From: the human T2T-CHM13v2.0 reference genome, Homo sapiens
Length of the DNA stretch: 64,000 nt
Reading direction: 5' to 3' (one strand)
Assembly (NCBI RefSeq): GCF_009914755.1
Contig: NC_060928.1
In this document: positions 1 to 23,740 of the stretch, piece after piece
Layout: every line of letters starts with the position of its first letter
Numbering within the stretch: position 1 is the stretch's first letter
The notes under the pieces: generated by a model
Told to the model about the DNA's origin: nothing
The model's database searches: none
What the model saw: the letters and a program-made list of their open reading frames with translations, nothing else
Translations under genes and position numbers: made by a program

Positions 1-112
1 TATTTCTTTGCCTCCATAAAGCTACACAATATGGATGTTTGAAGTATTTTCTATTATTGTTCCCATCATTGTGTTGTAAAATGCTTGGGGTTGTGGGATA
101 AATTAATGTGTG

Positions 113-382
113 TTTTTTTTTTTTTTTTTTTTGAGACGGCGTCTTGCTCTGTTGCCAGGCTGCAACCTCTGCCTCCCGGGTTCAAGTGATTCTCCCGCCT
201 CAGCCTCCTGAGTAGCTGGGACCACAGGCGTGCACCACCATGCCCAGTTAATTTTTGTATTTTTGATAGAGACGGGGTTTCACCATGTTGGCCAGGATGG
301 TCTCGATCTCTTGACCTCGTGATCCACCCACCTTAGCCTCCCAAAGTGCTGGGATTACAGGCGTGAGCCACTGCGCCTGGCC
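113..382 (-). mobile_element. Alu (AluSc-like) with an internal deletion
   Basis: Poly-T followed by antisense Alu body; ggccaggatggtctcgatctcttgacctcgtg. Confidence 0.9.
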
Positions 383-430
383 TAATATGGAGATCTTTTA
401 AAGGAGCACTTGCTGTTACTAAAAGCCTAA

Positions 431-640
<210 letters not shown>

Positions 641-664
641 TAAAAAAATAATGTGCATAGTCTG

Positions 665-1675
665 GCTTACTTTTAATTTTGAAATAGTTTCAAACTTATA
701 GAAAAGTTGCAGGAATAGCACAAAGAACTCTACATAGGGGTTCATTCATACTAAACTAATTGTTAATATTTGGTGCATTTACTTTAAAATTTGTGTATCT
801 ATTTATCTATTTTAATTTTCTTCCTTAAATGTTTGAGAGTAATTGCAAGACATCATGCTCCTTTACCCCTAAATGCTTTAGTGTGTATTTTCTAAAAATA
901 ATTGTATAGTTGTCAGTTCTCTAGATAGTATTATAGGGATAGATTATAAAAATTAGGAAATTTAACACTGATAGACTGTTATCTAATTAATCCCCAGCCC
1001 ATATTCAGAATTTACTAATTGTCCTAGTTATAGCCTTTCTAGCAATTTGATTTCATTGCAGGATCCAATTAAGAATCATACCTTACATTTAGTTATCATT
1101 TCTCTTCAGCCTCTTTTAATCTGAAACAGTTTTGAAAACTTCCTTTGTATTTTATGACATAGACATTTCTGAAGAAGGCTGTGCTTTTGTAGGATGTCCC
1201 TCAATTTGGATTTTTCTGATGGTTCCTCATTCTTAGATAGAGTTTTATAATTTTGGCAGGAAACCATATAAATGATATTGGGTCCTTCTGCGTTCATTAC
1301 ATCAAGAGGCACATGCCATCAGTTCGTTCCATTTGATTACATGGTGAAAGTTGTATTTGCAGTTGTAAACGTATTTTTCTCTCTTTGTGTTTAATATGCA
1401 GTTTGAGACTGAATAGCCTATTGCTCATCAAACTTTCACCATCTAGTTTTAGCATTCATTGATTATGATTCTTGCCTGAATCAGTATTACTATGATAGTC
1501 GCAAAATGGTGATTCTCTTAACTCTAGTCATTCCTTGTAGGTTTATTATTTGGCATTCTACTCCTGAGTAAGAGCTTTCCCTTCTTCCCCATATTTATTG
1601 TGTGTAAGGACTTATGGATTATTATTTTATTCAACCTGTTATATCCTAATATTGTCATTATTTACTCAGTTGCTC
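665..1675 (-). mobile_element. Old L1M (L1MC/ME-like) 3' end
   Basis: Characteristic antisense 3' end: ttttaattttgaaatagtttcaaacttatagaaaagttgca... Confidence 0.65.
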
Positions 1676-1772
1676 TGTAGATACTTAAGAATTTTTTAAA
1701 AATTAGTTTTATCAACCGGATGTTATCCTTTGACTTCTTACATGTTTTTGAGTATTGTGAACAATTTTCTGA

Positions 1773-2015
<243 letters not shown>

Positions 2016-3273
2016 TGACAGAGCAAGGCTGAAAAATCTAGTTGCTGCTGACAGTTTCATATAATTCAGCTTTTTGATGATAGGAAATCTATTTCTTACT
2101 CGTGTACTTTTGATAGTTTATGATGTGGGAAAATGTACATTTAAACAATATTGTAGATAGAGGAGAAAGTTGATTGTGAACAATGAAAAGTAGTTGAATG
2201 AAATGACTCATAACATTCTTTAAATAAAGTATCTTTGTATTAAAAATATTATGGAATTTGATCAAAACACAAGAGACAATTAGTTTTATAAGACAGAGGA
2301 TGACATTTCTTAGAAACAGTTTATTAATAAACTATAGTGTATGTAGTATGTGCCAGATTTATTGCTAATAATATATATTGATGAATCAGTCTTTACTAAA
2401 ATACATATAGGATATTTCTGAGAGTCTTTATGGTTAATCTGAATGTCTTCGATGACACAGAAAGAATATGAGTTCTGGAAGAAAGGGAGACCAGAGATTT
2501 GGGTTCATAATATGTAGATTGTGATAGGAGGGGTAGATCCCACTCAGCAGAGGGCTGAGAAAAATGAGTCTTAACAGTTTTAGAAGTTGAGGGCGTGATT
2601 ATAGAAAATAAAAGAAGAATAACAAGTAATGAAAGGACAAGTGATTTTTTAAAAAATTACCTTCTGAAATGCTGCTTTGTCCTTGCTAGTCTAGGGAACT
2701 GAAGTTTGCTGGTTTCACATTCCCTTGGCTCACCTTGAGGTTGAACACAAAAAGTATAATATACATCCATGTGCATAATAGGTATAGCCATTGTTTGCCA
2801 GATAAACTTTTGTCGGAGGATAATGGTACTGATAAGAAAAACTGGAATTCTAAGACTTCTGGAGGGAGCTCTCTTGTGAACTGCAGATCCAAGACAACCT
2901 TCTTTCATTTGAAGTAGTCATTCTTTAGTAGTCTGTTAATCACAAAGGAAGGAAATTTCTGACTTGCTGGAAAGATGGCAAGTCTGGAAAAAACTTGTCT
3001 CATTGGCCACTAAATAGCTCTGTGAACAGAGTCAAGGCTTGGGCCTCAAGTTTCTTTATGGAAATAAATGACAAATTATTTCATTTGATCCCTTTGATAA
3101 CTTCATTAATGAGGAAGAATGGCAGATAGGTAAAGTTAGATAAAGGACTCAGAGCTGACCAGTGGATTTTTAGCAATTTAGAAGTCATTGGTGACCTTAA
3201 CAAAAGCACTTTCTGAGCTTCTGGAAGAAGGATGGTAAAAGCCCAAACATCAAGTCTATTTAAAAGAGACTGA

Positions 3274-3810
<537 letters not shown>

Positions 3811-4189
3811 TTAGGTAAGAACATGAATAGTTCACATCAACAAGTAGTGGTGGTGTGTAAGTGGCGGGCAAGTAAATGTGTAGATGTAATGCATATTTTG
3901 GAGTTTCCTCTAATTGCTTCCGTTTTCTACATGAAATAAGAAATAAGGCTATCAGCTCATTCCACAAAATATGTATTGAATACCTACTTTGAGTTAGGTA
4001 ATGGGACAGGGTGTATAAAGAGAATAGAAGGGAAGTGAGGGTAGAATCAATCTTTGGAAATTCTAGCAATCTTTAGAAATTCAAGGCAGTGTTGCTGGTA
4101 GGGATAGTTGGTGGGAGAAGATAAGATGGTCAAGATCACTCAGGAACTTCTTAGAGTGGATCAATGGGCACAGTTAGGCAAAAAAAAAA

Positions 4190-4454
4190 TTTTTTTTTTT
4201 TTGAGATGGAGTTTCACTCTTGTTTCTCAGGCTGGAGTGCAGTGGCGCGATCTTGGCTCGCCGCAACCTCCACCTCCCGGGTTCAAGCGATTCTGCCTCA
4301 GCCTCCCGAGTAGTGGGATTATAGGCATGTGCCACCATGCCTGGCTAATTTTGTATTTTCAGTAGACATAGGCTTTCTCCATATTGGTCAGGCTGGTCTT
4401 GATCTTCTGACCCCCAAAGTGCTGGGATTATAGGCGTGAGCCACCGCACCCAGC
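4190..4454 (-). mobile_element. AluS with an internal deletion
   Basis: Antisense Alu body; TSD-like taggcaaaa on both sides. Confidence 0.85.
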
Positions 4455-4756
4455 CTAGGCAAAATTTTTTATTGTTTATTCTTATACCACCAGTTCCTTC
4501 TGCTCAGAAAAGGTAGAAGATAGAGGGAAGGAAACGAGGATGGGTATAGTGTAGAGGGGAGTAAAGGTGCAGGTTATTTTTATTTTTTATTTTAGAGGTG
4601 AGGTCTTGCTGTGTTGCCTAGGCTGGACTTGAACAAGGCTCAAATGATCCTCCCCCCAAACCCCACCCCCAGCCTCCCACTACAGGTGCGAACCATCGTA
4701 CTCAGCTATGGGTTATTTTTAGTGTTTTTGATGAAGTTGGCTTTTGGTTAGTATAG

Positions 4757-4961
4757 TGCAGGCTTTGTTAACCTTGGCGCTGTTGACATTTTGGGCCTGA
4801 GTTGTTGAGGGTGGAGATCTCTTCTGTGCATTGTAGGATGTTTAGTAGCGCTCCTAGCTTATTTAGATGCCAGTAGTACTCAACACCCTTACTGAGACAA
4901 GCAAAATGTCTTCAGACATTGCTAAATGTTGGTAAAACTGCCCCTGGTTGAGAACCGCTGG
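4757..4961. mobile_element. MER20 (hAT-Charlie DNA element)
   Basis: gtgcattgtaggatgtttag ... cagacattgctaaatgt ... cccctggttgagaaccgctg. Confidence 0.8.
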
Positions 4962-4980
4962 TACAGATACTAAGAATATG

Positions 4981-5312
<332 letters not shown>

Positions 5313-5385
5313 TCAGATAAATTGCTTGGATTCAAATCCTAACTCCATCACTATCTGCAAGACTCTTAGAAAGTTTACTTAAGTC

Positions 5386-5690
<305 letters not shown>

Positions 5691-5772
5691 AGAAAGTTTA
5701 CTTAAGTCCTCTCAGTTTTAAAGTGATGAAAGTAATAGTAATCTATCTCATAGAGTTCTGAGAATTGAATTA

Positions 5773-6104
<332 letters not shown>

Positions 6105-7092
6105 AGTCACTGGCACATGGTAAGTACTCAGTAAGTGTTCATTTTTATTATCAAATGAGAGCGAAAGATATAACAGAGAGTGAAGGATGCAAGGGTGAAG
6201 TAGTGGCTTAAAAATAATACCTTGGATGAAGGGAAGCACATTAAGGATAGAGAAAAGGAATCCTGAATATTTGAAGCTTATATGGCTTTGGAGCTCATAT
6301 ATAATAGTGAAACCACTGTCTCTCTCTCTTCATCTGGCTTGTTTCCTTCCATAAGAAAATGTGGAGCAAATAAACAGTTGGGATGATCTGGGCTTTAAAA
6401 TTAGTAAACAAAAGAGCCTAGGTTTTAAGATTGATTTTTGATAATTGGGGCTGCTAATATCATTCAGGGATGATGTGATTGGTCATGCAGTCCAGGGAAG
6501 GCAACAGTGAGTCGACAAGTTGCTGATAGGTTGATAGTTTTTTCTCTGAAGTTGAATAGTAGGATTAGTGAGACAGAAAGAAAAGACAGTTAAGCTTAAA
6601 ATAGGATGCTTAATTGCTTCTTGGAAGACATTAAAAGGTAAAGTCTAGATAGTTTTTAATGTAGCCAGATTAAGGGCTGCTATGGCAGAATTGTTTTGTA
6701 GCTGATTAAGGGATCATAAGGTTAGGATATTGAATTGAGTCATTAATTTTGATGCTGAAGTTGTTCCATATGATATCAGGAATAATTGAGGAGTAGAAGA
6801 TGGCTTGGTGACAGTGTGTTGAGTGAATGTGAGAATCTGGCCGGGCATTGGACAGATTTTCTGAATAAATTGAGGATGTGAAGAGGATGGCATTTCTAAA
6901 TAATGTGAACTTCAAAAAAGGAAGGAGACCATAACATAACTTGGTAAATGATCTTAAGGGAACTGGAACCAGGTCCATCCACTTAGCAGCACTGATTTAT
7001 AATGAGATTTTAAGAGAAATTTTGAGGAAAAGTTAAAATTCTAATTGGAAGGTTTTCTCAGATATTAAAATTTTTTTTTTTTCTGTTTTTAA

Positions 7093-7227
<135 letters not shown>

Positions 7228-7337
7228 TAAAACTTACTAAGTTTTATTGTTTCTTTTGTTAATATATATTTTATTTACTCATTGAAAAGCACAACTAGAA
7301 TAATAGTGGTTAAGAATTGGTTCGAAATCTGAATACA

Positions 7338-7630
7338 GGCCAAGCGCAGTGGCTCATGCCTGTAATCCCAGCACTTTGGGAGGCCGAGGTGGATGGATTG
7401 CCTGAGCTCAGGAGTTCGAGACCAGCCTGGACAACATGGTGAAACCCTGTCTCTACTAAAATACAAAAAATTAGCCTGGCATGGTGATGTGTGCCTTGTA
7501 GTCTCAGCTACTCCGGAGGCTGAGGCACGAGAATTGCTTGAACCCAGGAGGCAGAGGTTGCAGTGAGCCAGCATAGTGCCACTGCATTCCACCCTGGGCA
7601 ACAGAGCGAGACTGTGTCTCAAAAAAAAAA
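7338..7630 (+). mobile_element. AluS; a FLAM-like monomer follows at ~7797-7920
   Basis: Alu body; TSD aaatctgaataca. Confidence 0.88.
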
Positions 7631-8825
7631 ATCTGAATACAAAAGTACATTTGCAAACTTCTATTTAATATGACAGATTGAGCATGTTCTGAAACCTCTC
7701 TTTTATAGATTTATAGAATGGTTGAGAAAATAATTTTAGAGACAACTTTAGAAAAAAATTCACAAATGCATAGTAGCATCAAAAACATGAAAGGAAGCCA
7801 GGTGTAGGGGCTCACACTTGTGATCCCAGCACTTTGGGAGGCTGGGGCGGGAGGATTGCTTGAGCCCAGGAGTTTGAGCTCAGCATGGGCAACATGGTGA
7901 GACACTGCCTCTTAAATAAAAGGAAATTTCCACTGACAGAAACGGAGATATATTCTTAAAAGCAAGAATAAGCTCTGTGGTAAGCTGTGGCTGCATCGAA
8001 GTGACTTGCCAGGGTCACGTAAATGTAGCCAGGCTGAATGAGCATCACTGTTCCTTTGTGGGAAGAGGGGTTAAATTTCTGTCACTCAAACTTGGATTCA
8101 GACGTGGTCCCCCAGTCATCCTCTCCCATAAGTGGGGTCCACTTGTGGGAACAGGCCCAGAAACAAATAGGCAGGATCCTCAGCAGAGGTGATCTGATTT
8201 GTTTCCTTCAAGGCTAGTTGTGAGCCATTGAAATATACAAGAGAAACCTTCTTGCAGATTACTTTGTAACAAAGATTCTCAGACTGTTTTAGGAACACCA
8301 GCAAGGAATGGTAATCACCACTGTCTGCAAAAGGAAGAGTAGAGATGATGGAGGAATCTAAGATAGAGGTAATTGCTGCCATGAAACATGAATAGTTAGG
8401 AGAAGTACCAATTAGGAATCTGAAATGAAAAACCTACTTACTAAAATAAAAATTTTAATTGAATGGAAGAGAGGCCATGGCCAAAATCAGAGGAGAGGAG
8501 TTAGAGGGGAGAAGCTAAGGAGAATAGTAGGAGAAGCAATATATGGAAACATGATAACCAAGGCTTTTTCAGAACTAAAGAAGTTCTCAGGTTTTAAAAG
8601 CCTACCTAAAGCAGAACAGGATAAAGATAATTATGTACTTAAGATAAAAAAAATTGAAAAGAAATAGTCTAAAATAATTGTTGAAATAGTAGATGTAAGA
8701 TTACAAATAATTCCAATTTTCTTTTAAATATTAGAATTTTAATATACTTTGAGAAGTTCGTAATTTTCCAGAAAAAATATACAATTTATGATTATATATA
8801 ACAAAGAATTTTTCTTTGTTTGCAG

Positions 8826-8921
8826 CTAATATGTTAGAACGGCTAAAAATTTATGAGGAAGCCTGGACTAAATATCCCAGGGGACTGGTGCCAAGAAGGC
8901 TGCCGTTAAACTTTTTATCTG
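8826..8921 (+). CDS. NAA15: NAA15 exon 8 (ANMLER...NFLS)
   Basis: ttgcag|CTAATA ... TCTG|gtaagt; 96 nt. Confidence 0.97.
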
Positions 8922-9114
8922 GTAAGTGAGAATAATTGCAAAGGAATAGAAATGCTTTTATGATTTAAAGTTTCTTTTCTTGGTTTTAAGTATGAGTATG
9001 CATATTAAGTTTAAGCTATACATTGTTAGAGTTGTCTAACAACTCTGCTAAATGTAAGTTGGTAAATGTAAGTAAATACTTTGGTAAATGTAAGTAAATA
9101 CTTGATAAATATAA

Positions 9115-9252
<138 letters not shown>

Positions 9253-9744
9253 TGAAATATGATACTTTCTTTTGGCTACCATTTCTTTGCTCGGTATTTG
9301 GAATTATTGATTCTTGATTATCTCTGCACAGTAGTACGTGTTTTGTGAATCTCATGTCAGTCTTCCCAGTTTGCAGTTTAAATGCTTCTGATTCCTCTTT
9401 TTTCCATTTCATCCTCTTTTTTTTCTTTAGCCCAGTAACTTATTGCTTGTTTTCTGTTTCCTTTCTGCTATAAACTTTTAATGAGTCACTGTAGGTTATA
9501 AAAAGTTGATAAGGTAATAATTTCTTCACCATTTTCTTTCATCTTGTTCATGGTCAGAAGCCAGAGTGTGCTTGTTTTTTGTTTTTTTTTTAACTTAAGT
9601 TTTAGCTTAGTCTTCTTTCTCCTTTTTAAATTTGGTAGACAAAAAGTTCTGTCAGAAGAGTTTTTTTGATGTTCTAATAAGTCAGCTTACTCTTTCAGCT
9701 ACATGTTAATAATATTCAGAATGCTTCTTTAGAGGTTATTTTAA

Positions 9745-10627
<883 letters not shown>

Positions 10628-11660
10628 TGAAAGAGTCAGACTTTGATGTTTATGAAGTGGTCTTATGTATAGAATCCTATATTTTTATGATTTTCTTCTA
10701 CTTAAGATATTTTGATTTAGATCTAAACTGGTTAAAAATACCTAATTTATCTTTTTAGTCTTTCCTTGGTATTCAACTTATGGAACAGTCATTTTCATTC
10801 TCACATCTTAAGTTTACACAATACTGAATTCTGCCATTAGAATAATAAATGCAACTGATTCAAAGATGTTTGAGAAAACAAAACAGTCTTAGTAGGCTTG
10901 TAGCTCAGCTTGTAGGAGGGAACATGGGTGCACCAGAATAACCTAGCTGCAATCTTTAGTCCTCACAATTTATTGAGGTTTTGGAAAGAGCTGATATTAG
11001 TCTGTTGAGTCAGTTAGGTTGAGGTCATTCAATAAAGCCATAATAGTAATAGAAATCCCTTAAACATGGATTAAACAAAGAACAGAAGTAGTAAATAAAA
11101 AATGCTCAGAGATCTCTCAGGAAGCCAGGAGCGAGTAGTATAGTCAAGACTCAAGAGAAACCAGAACCTGGATGGCCACTCATTCTCCTGGACCTAACAA
11201 ACTCTCAGAGTATTCTTTGAGTTTTACTAATGTTTTACCCTGGATTGTGAAATTGAAAGTTGAATACTGTCATCTACTTAGAGAATTTCTCTTTTCACAT
11301 AGCATTTAATTCTTAAATGCAAATGTTTACTGTGGGTGTTCATTTATACAAACTTTGTTAAAAGAATCAAGATATAAATCATCCACAATATTGCCTGTCT
11401 TTGTCCAACTCTTCCTGATTTCTGGTTCAGCTGAAAAGGAGTAACCAATAAGTTTTTATAAAATTACATCTTAATGTACACCTGTGCAAAAGTATGATGT
11501 ATTTTAAAATTTGTATCTAGAGGTTAAGATATTTTTAATAAAGGAGGGTGTGTGTGTTGGAGTGTTTATTTAGTGTTTTAGTAGAAAATAACACATTTTG
11601 CATAAGAATAGTAAATGTGTGTTTTTTCTATTAAAGTGTGTTTGTGTGTTTGTACTCTAG

Positions 11661-11756
<96 letters not shown>

Positions 11757-11895
11757 TAAAAACATCTTGAAAATTTTAATACATTGTGAAATTCTTAATC
11801 AGAAGGTCAGTATTATTACTTAGGCAGTAAGCACAGTGCATTAAATTTTTTTCTCTTTGAGAGGGAGATCCATTAATTTGCACATTGTGTGATGA

Positions 11896-14070
<2,175 letters not shown>

Positions 14071-15017
14071 CTTTTTTCCATGATTTCATTGGTTAATCAT
14101 CATAATGTTCCTTTGATTATCAGCATTTTCCTACATATTTTACAAATGTGGAAGAGGTTCAATGACTTGCCCAAGAATATGCAGCACTTTTGTTGCAGAT
14201 CTGTCAGATGGGGAGTTGGTGAGTTCCACTCCTATTATTTGTCCACTGAGCCATCCTGCTTTTACTAGGAAAAATTTTTTAAAAAGCAATCTGTTGCTTT
14301 CTTTGAAAGCACGTATCAGTTCTCAGATTTTAGAAATTTGTATTAAAAAAGAATTTTTTAACGTGTGGGTTGTATATTTAACTTACACATTTTCTTGTCA
14401 GTATATTAAAATTAAATCATGAACTAAAATATAAAAATTTTTTTACTTGTCATCTCATTTTTGGGGTATAGTTTTTATTTGACTTAAATTATGCATCTTT
14501 GCATATTCAGCATATTAAAATATATTAAGAATATAATCACCAAATTCAAAATAACCACATTACAAGTATATTTATAACAGTTTGGTGCATTAGCTAGAAA
14601 CTCAATTAAGCAGCCAGGGCTTTTTTTTTTTTAACCTCACATGAATAGAGAACATTTTTAATTTCTTCCCCCTTTATAAATAACATCCTGATCAGTATGC
14701 TCTCATAGTTCTAGTACAGCTTGTCTCCCCCCTACCTGTTTCAGTTTTCTTTCTAGGTAGTTAGACCTTATTTATCTCCCATGTTTGTTTCATAAAGTTA
14801 TTATATGAAAGGGATTGTGCTAGGGGTTATAAGGATGCAGAAAAGAAAATATGGACCTTTCCAAAGATCTTATAAACTTAGGAGGAGTTTTATAGCTAGA
14901 TACATAAATAAACTCCTTTCATAGTACCTCCCTTGTTAATAAACATAGGGACCATTTTGGGGGGTGCTCTTAATATATGTAATGCCTCATCTTGGTTTCT
15001 TCTCCCTCTTCTCCTAA

Positions 15018-15215
<198 letters not shown>

Positions 15216-15796
15216 TAAGGTAATGAGACTTGTCATGAACTTTTTCTCTGTATTTTATAGATTCTAAATATAGGAAAAGTGACATTTGATAACTCAAAAA
15301 ACATGAAGTAACAAGTATAGTACATTTCTCAGTCCAATTACTTTGAGACTTGTGGTCATGCTAATTTGGTGATTTATCTATATCCGTATACACACACATA
15401 CGTACATACATTAATGTATATGTATTCACACGTATCTGGTAATTCTCTTGGGTTTGGAGAGTAAGAGTATATAGGTAATCCAAAAGAAATTTTATTTGCT
15501 GTGAAATGTGTATTTCTATTAAAATTTGAGTATGATAACATATCAGTATCTGGCAATGTTATTGAGATGAAACTGTGAAGATTCTATTATGAATTCTACA
15601 GGTTATCTCTTTTGACTTCTCAACTCCTGGGCCTTGCTTGAGAATTTTTAGTCATATATTTTAGTATCATCTTAAAATAAAGTTGGCTTTTCTCTGTCAT
15701 ATTGCAAATAAAATTTAGTAATGAAAGCTCTTGAGGGACTGATAATAAACCAGTAATTTGTTTAGCAAGAAAATAATGAAATTAAGTAATATTTAA

Positions 15797-16128
<332 letters not shown>

Positions 16129-16143
16129 TAAAGAAGCACTTTT

Positions 16144-16266
16144 GATTTTTTATTTATTTTTTTTATTAATTTTTTTATTTTTAGATTTTTTAAAAAAATT
16201 ATACTTTAAGTTCTAGGGTACATGTGCACAACGTGCAGGTTTGTTACATAGGTATACATGTGCCAG
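16144..16266 (-). mobile_element. Extremely 5'-truncated L1PA (about 67 nt plus tail)
   Basis: ttatactttaagttctagggtacatgtgcacaacgtgcaggtttgttaca is the L1PA 3' end; TSD gaagcactttt at 16133-16143 and 16267-16277. Confidence 0.88.
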
Positions 16267-16468
16267 GAAGCACTTTTTAAAACTAGATTATGGCTCATTA
16301 GTTTTGAAGCTTTGCCAGATGGACTAGTTAGGTAACTTAGAATGAGGAACATTGGGGAATGTCTACTAATGGTCCTAATCAGTAATGTTTCCATGGTTCC
16401 TTTAGCGTACAGATTTGGCTATGCCTTTTATGACTTTCACATTTAATTATGTTTTGACTTCTAGTATT

Positions 16469-17060
<592 letters not shown>

Positions 17061-17346
17061 TTATTTATTCTTTAACAATTATTTTTGAGTATTTTTACTA
17101 TGTGCCAGGCAGTTTTGGGCAATGGCGATATTAACAGTAGACAAAACTATTAAAATAAATCTTTACTGTCAGACAGCTTACATTCTAGAAGGCTGGAAAA
17201 AGGAATCAGAACTTATATTATGGAAGAATGCATTTCTTTATATTGATTAGCATCTAAGAGTCACAAGAATGCCTTTACTTTCATTTGTTTTTAAATTATT
17301 TATCAACAGATAATGAATTACCTGCACAGTAAACTTAGCATGCTAA

Positions 17347-17559
<213 letters not shown>

Positions 17560-18133
17560 TAAAGAAGACATGAGCCAGTTCATACTTGTATAACATGCTT
17601 ATTTTTCAAAGTTTGTCTTTAATATTTTTGACACCGTAATAGCCAAGATTTTAATTAAATCACTGTATCAGAAGATACTGGAGTCAACATTGATATAAAG
17701 GATTTTCCATTTAGAGGGTTGTACAATGGACTTTTAAACTGGTTTATATTCATGTACGTTCAGATAAATTTTTTAGGGGTCAAGGGAACTAAAATTTATT
17801 GAATACCTGCTATGTGGTGGTGTTCTTTTTCTTGTATTAATCCCTACCCTCAATTATGTAGACCTTTGAAACTACATTTGTGTTTCAAAGTTTCACAGTG
17901 TTGAACACACAGTGTGTGTTCAAAAGTTTCACAGTTTCACCTGTGAAACTACAAATTATTTTTAGTAGTTAGAGAATATCAGTTGTTTTCCCATGTTAAC
18001 TATTCTTTAAGAATGTTTTAAAAATTTTTTTGAAAGAGTCCCAATCAGCTTAACATCTTTGTTTTTTAAAATTCTGTGGTAGAATGATGTCTATGATAAA
18101 AAGTGATCTTGAAAATATTTGATTTCTGTATAG

Positions 18134-18325
<192 letters not shown>

Positions 18326-19357
18326 TAGTTTTTTTCTCTTCTATTTCTTTATAATTCATAGTAGGTGCTTTTTAAAATCAGTATTCACTTTTTTCAGTTT
18401 TCATACTGGAAATATAGACTACATTTTCAGCCAGGGTCTCTATTGTCTTGTGGTAAGAACTCTTTTTTAAAAAACTTTATGGAAAATTTGTATCTTGGCT
18501 ATGTTTTTATTGATTTTTGAACCTTCCAAATTGCTGCTGCCGCTTTAGTAGTACATACACAGCTGATTAAAGTACTCCTAGGACCCTGTTCATTGTAGAA
18601 TTTATTGATGATGCCATATACCCTTGGTAAGATATAAATGTTGGAAGACTTTTCACAATATTTCTTCTGTAGCTTATCTAATTTCATGCTGTTTGATAAA
18701 ATTGTTTTCTTAATTCTCTTCACGTCTGACTCATTTCCATGACTAGTGGTTGGTTTTTCTTTTTTGTGTTTTACACAGATAAACATAGTTTATATAACTA
18801 ATTTCACATTTGCAATATTGTCAAGTATAGAATACCAAAGCTTAGTTGAAATGCATCAAGTTCCTGATTGCTTGACTTACTTGCTAATTGATTTCTTTTC
18901 CACATACCAGCATCACATTGCATAGGATTCAGATTTGTATCCTCAAAAAAAAATTATCAAATACATCTTATAATCCTTTGCAAATGATTCTAAATATAAA
19001 AACTCAATGTTTAACATGTGAGTCTACTTGCACTACTATGTAAATAAATTATGTTTGATGTTGTCACAATAGCTTTAAGTATAATTAAGGAAGGGATAAT
19101 GAATAAACATTTTTAAAGCTTCCTTTTTCAACAAATGATTCTGTGCCTGCAGTATGCCATATCCTGTGCTAGACAATGGCTAACTGTATTTGCTTATTTG
19201 AAATGCAAAATATTCCTGTTGAATAATTGTAATTGTTTTTTTAAAATTTTACTAGTTTTTTTCATGCCAAAGTAACAAGTATTCCAATGCTTTGATTTTA
19301 TAGTTTTCTTAGCCATTGCTGTACTTCGGTATAATAATAAAAAGATAATTTTGTTAG

Positions 19358-19807
<450 letters not shown>

Positions 19808-19924
19808 TAATATCTGGTTTACCCAAAATTATAAATTGCTAACTATTTTACAGGTACTAGATTGCTAATTGTATAATTAGTATTATAATTCTACATTAGT
19901 GTTGGCTATTAGTATTACTAGTTA

Positions 19925-23505
<3,581 letters not shown>

Positions 23506-23740
23506 TATAAGGTATGCATTATATCTATCATGTAGCAAGGCTACAAGTGGTAGCATTTATGTTACCAGTTGTTAAAAAGGTCAGTGCTTATGTTGCCATC
23601 CATTTATAGTTTTGTGTTTCCAGAATGTAATTTTTTGGTCTCTATTAGAATTTTTTTTTTTTTTGCGTTTTGTTTTTAGTATTAAGAGATTCTTCACTAG
23701 GAGAAAGATAAACAAATAATGCATTTGTTTTCATTGGCTT

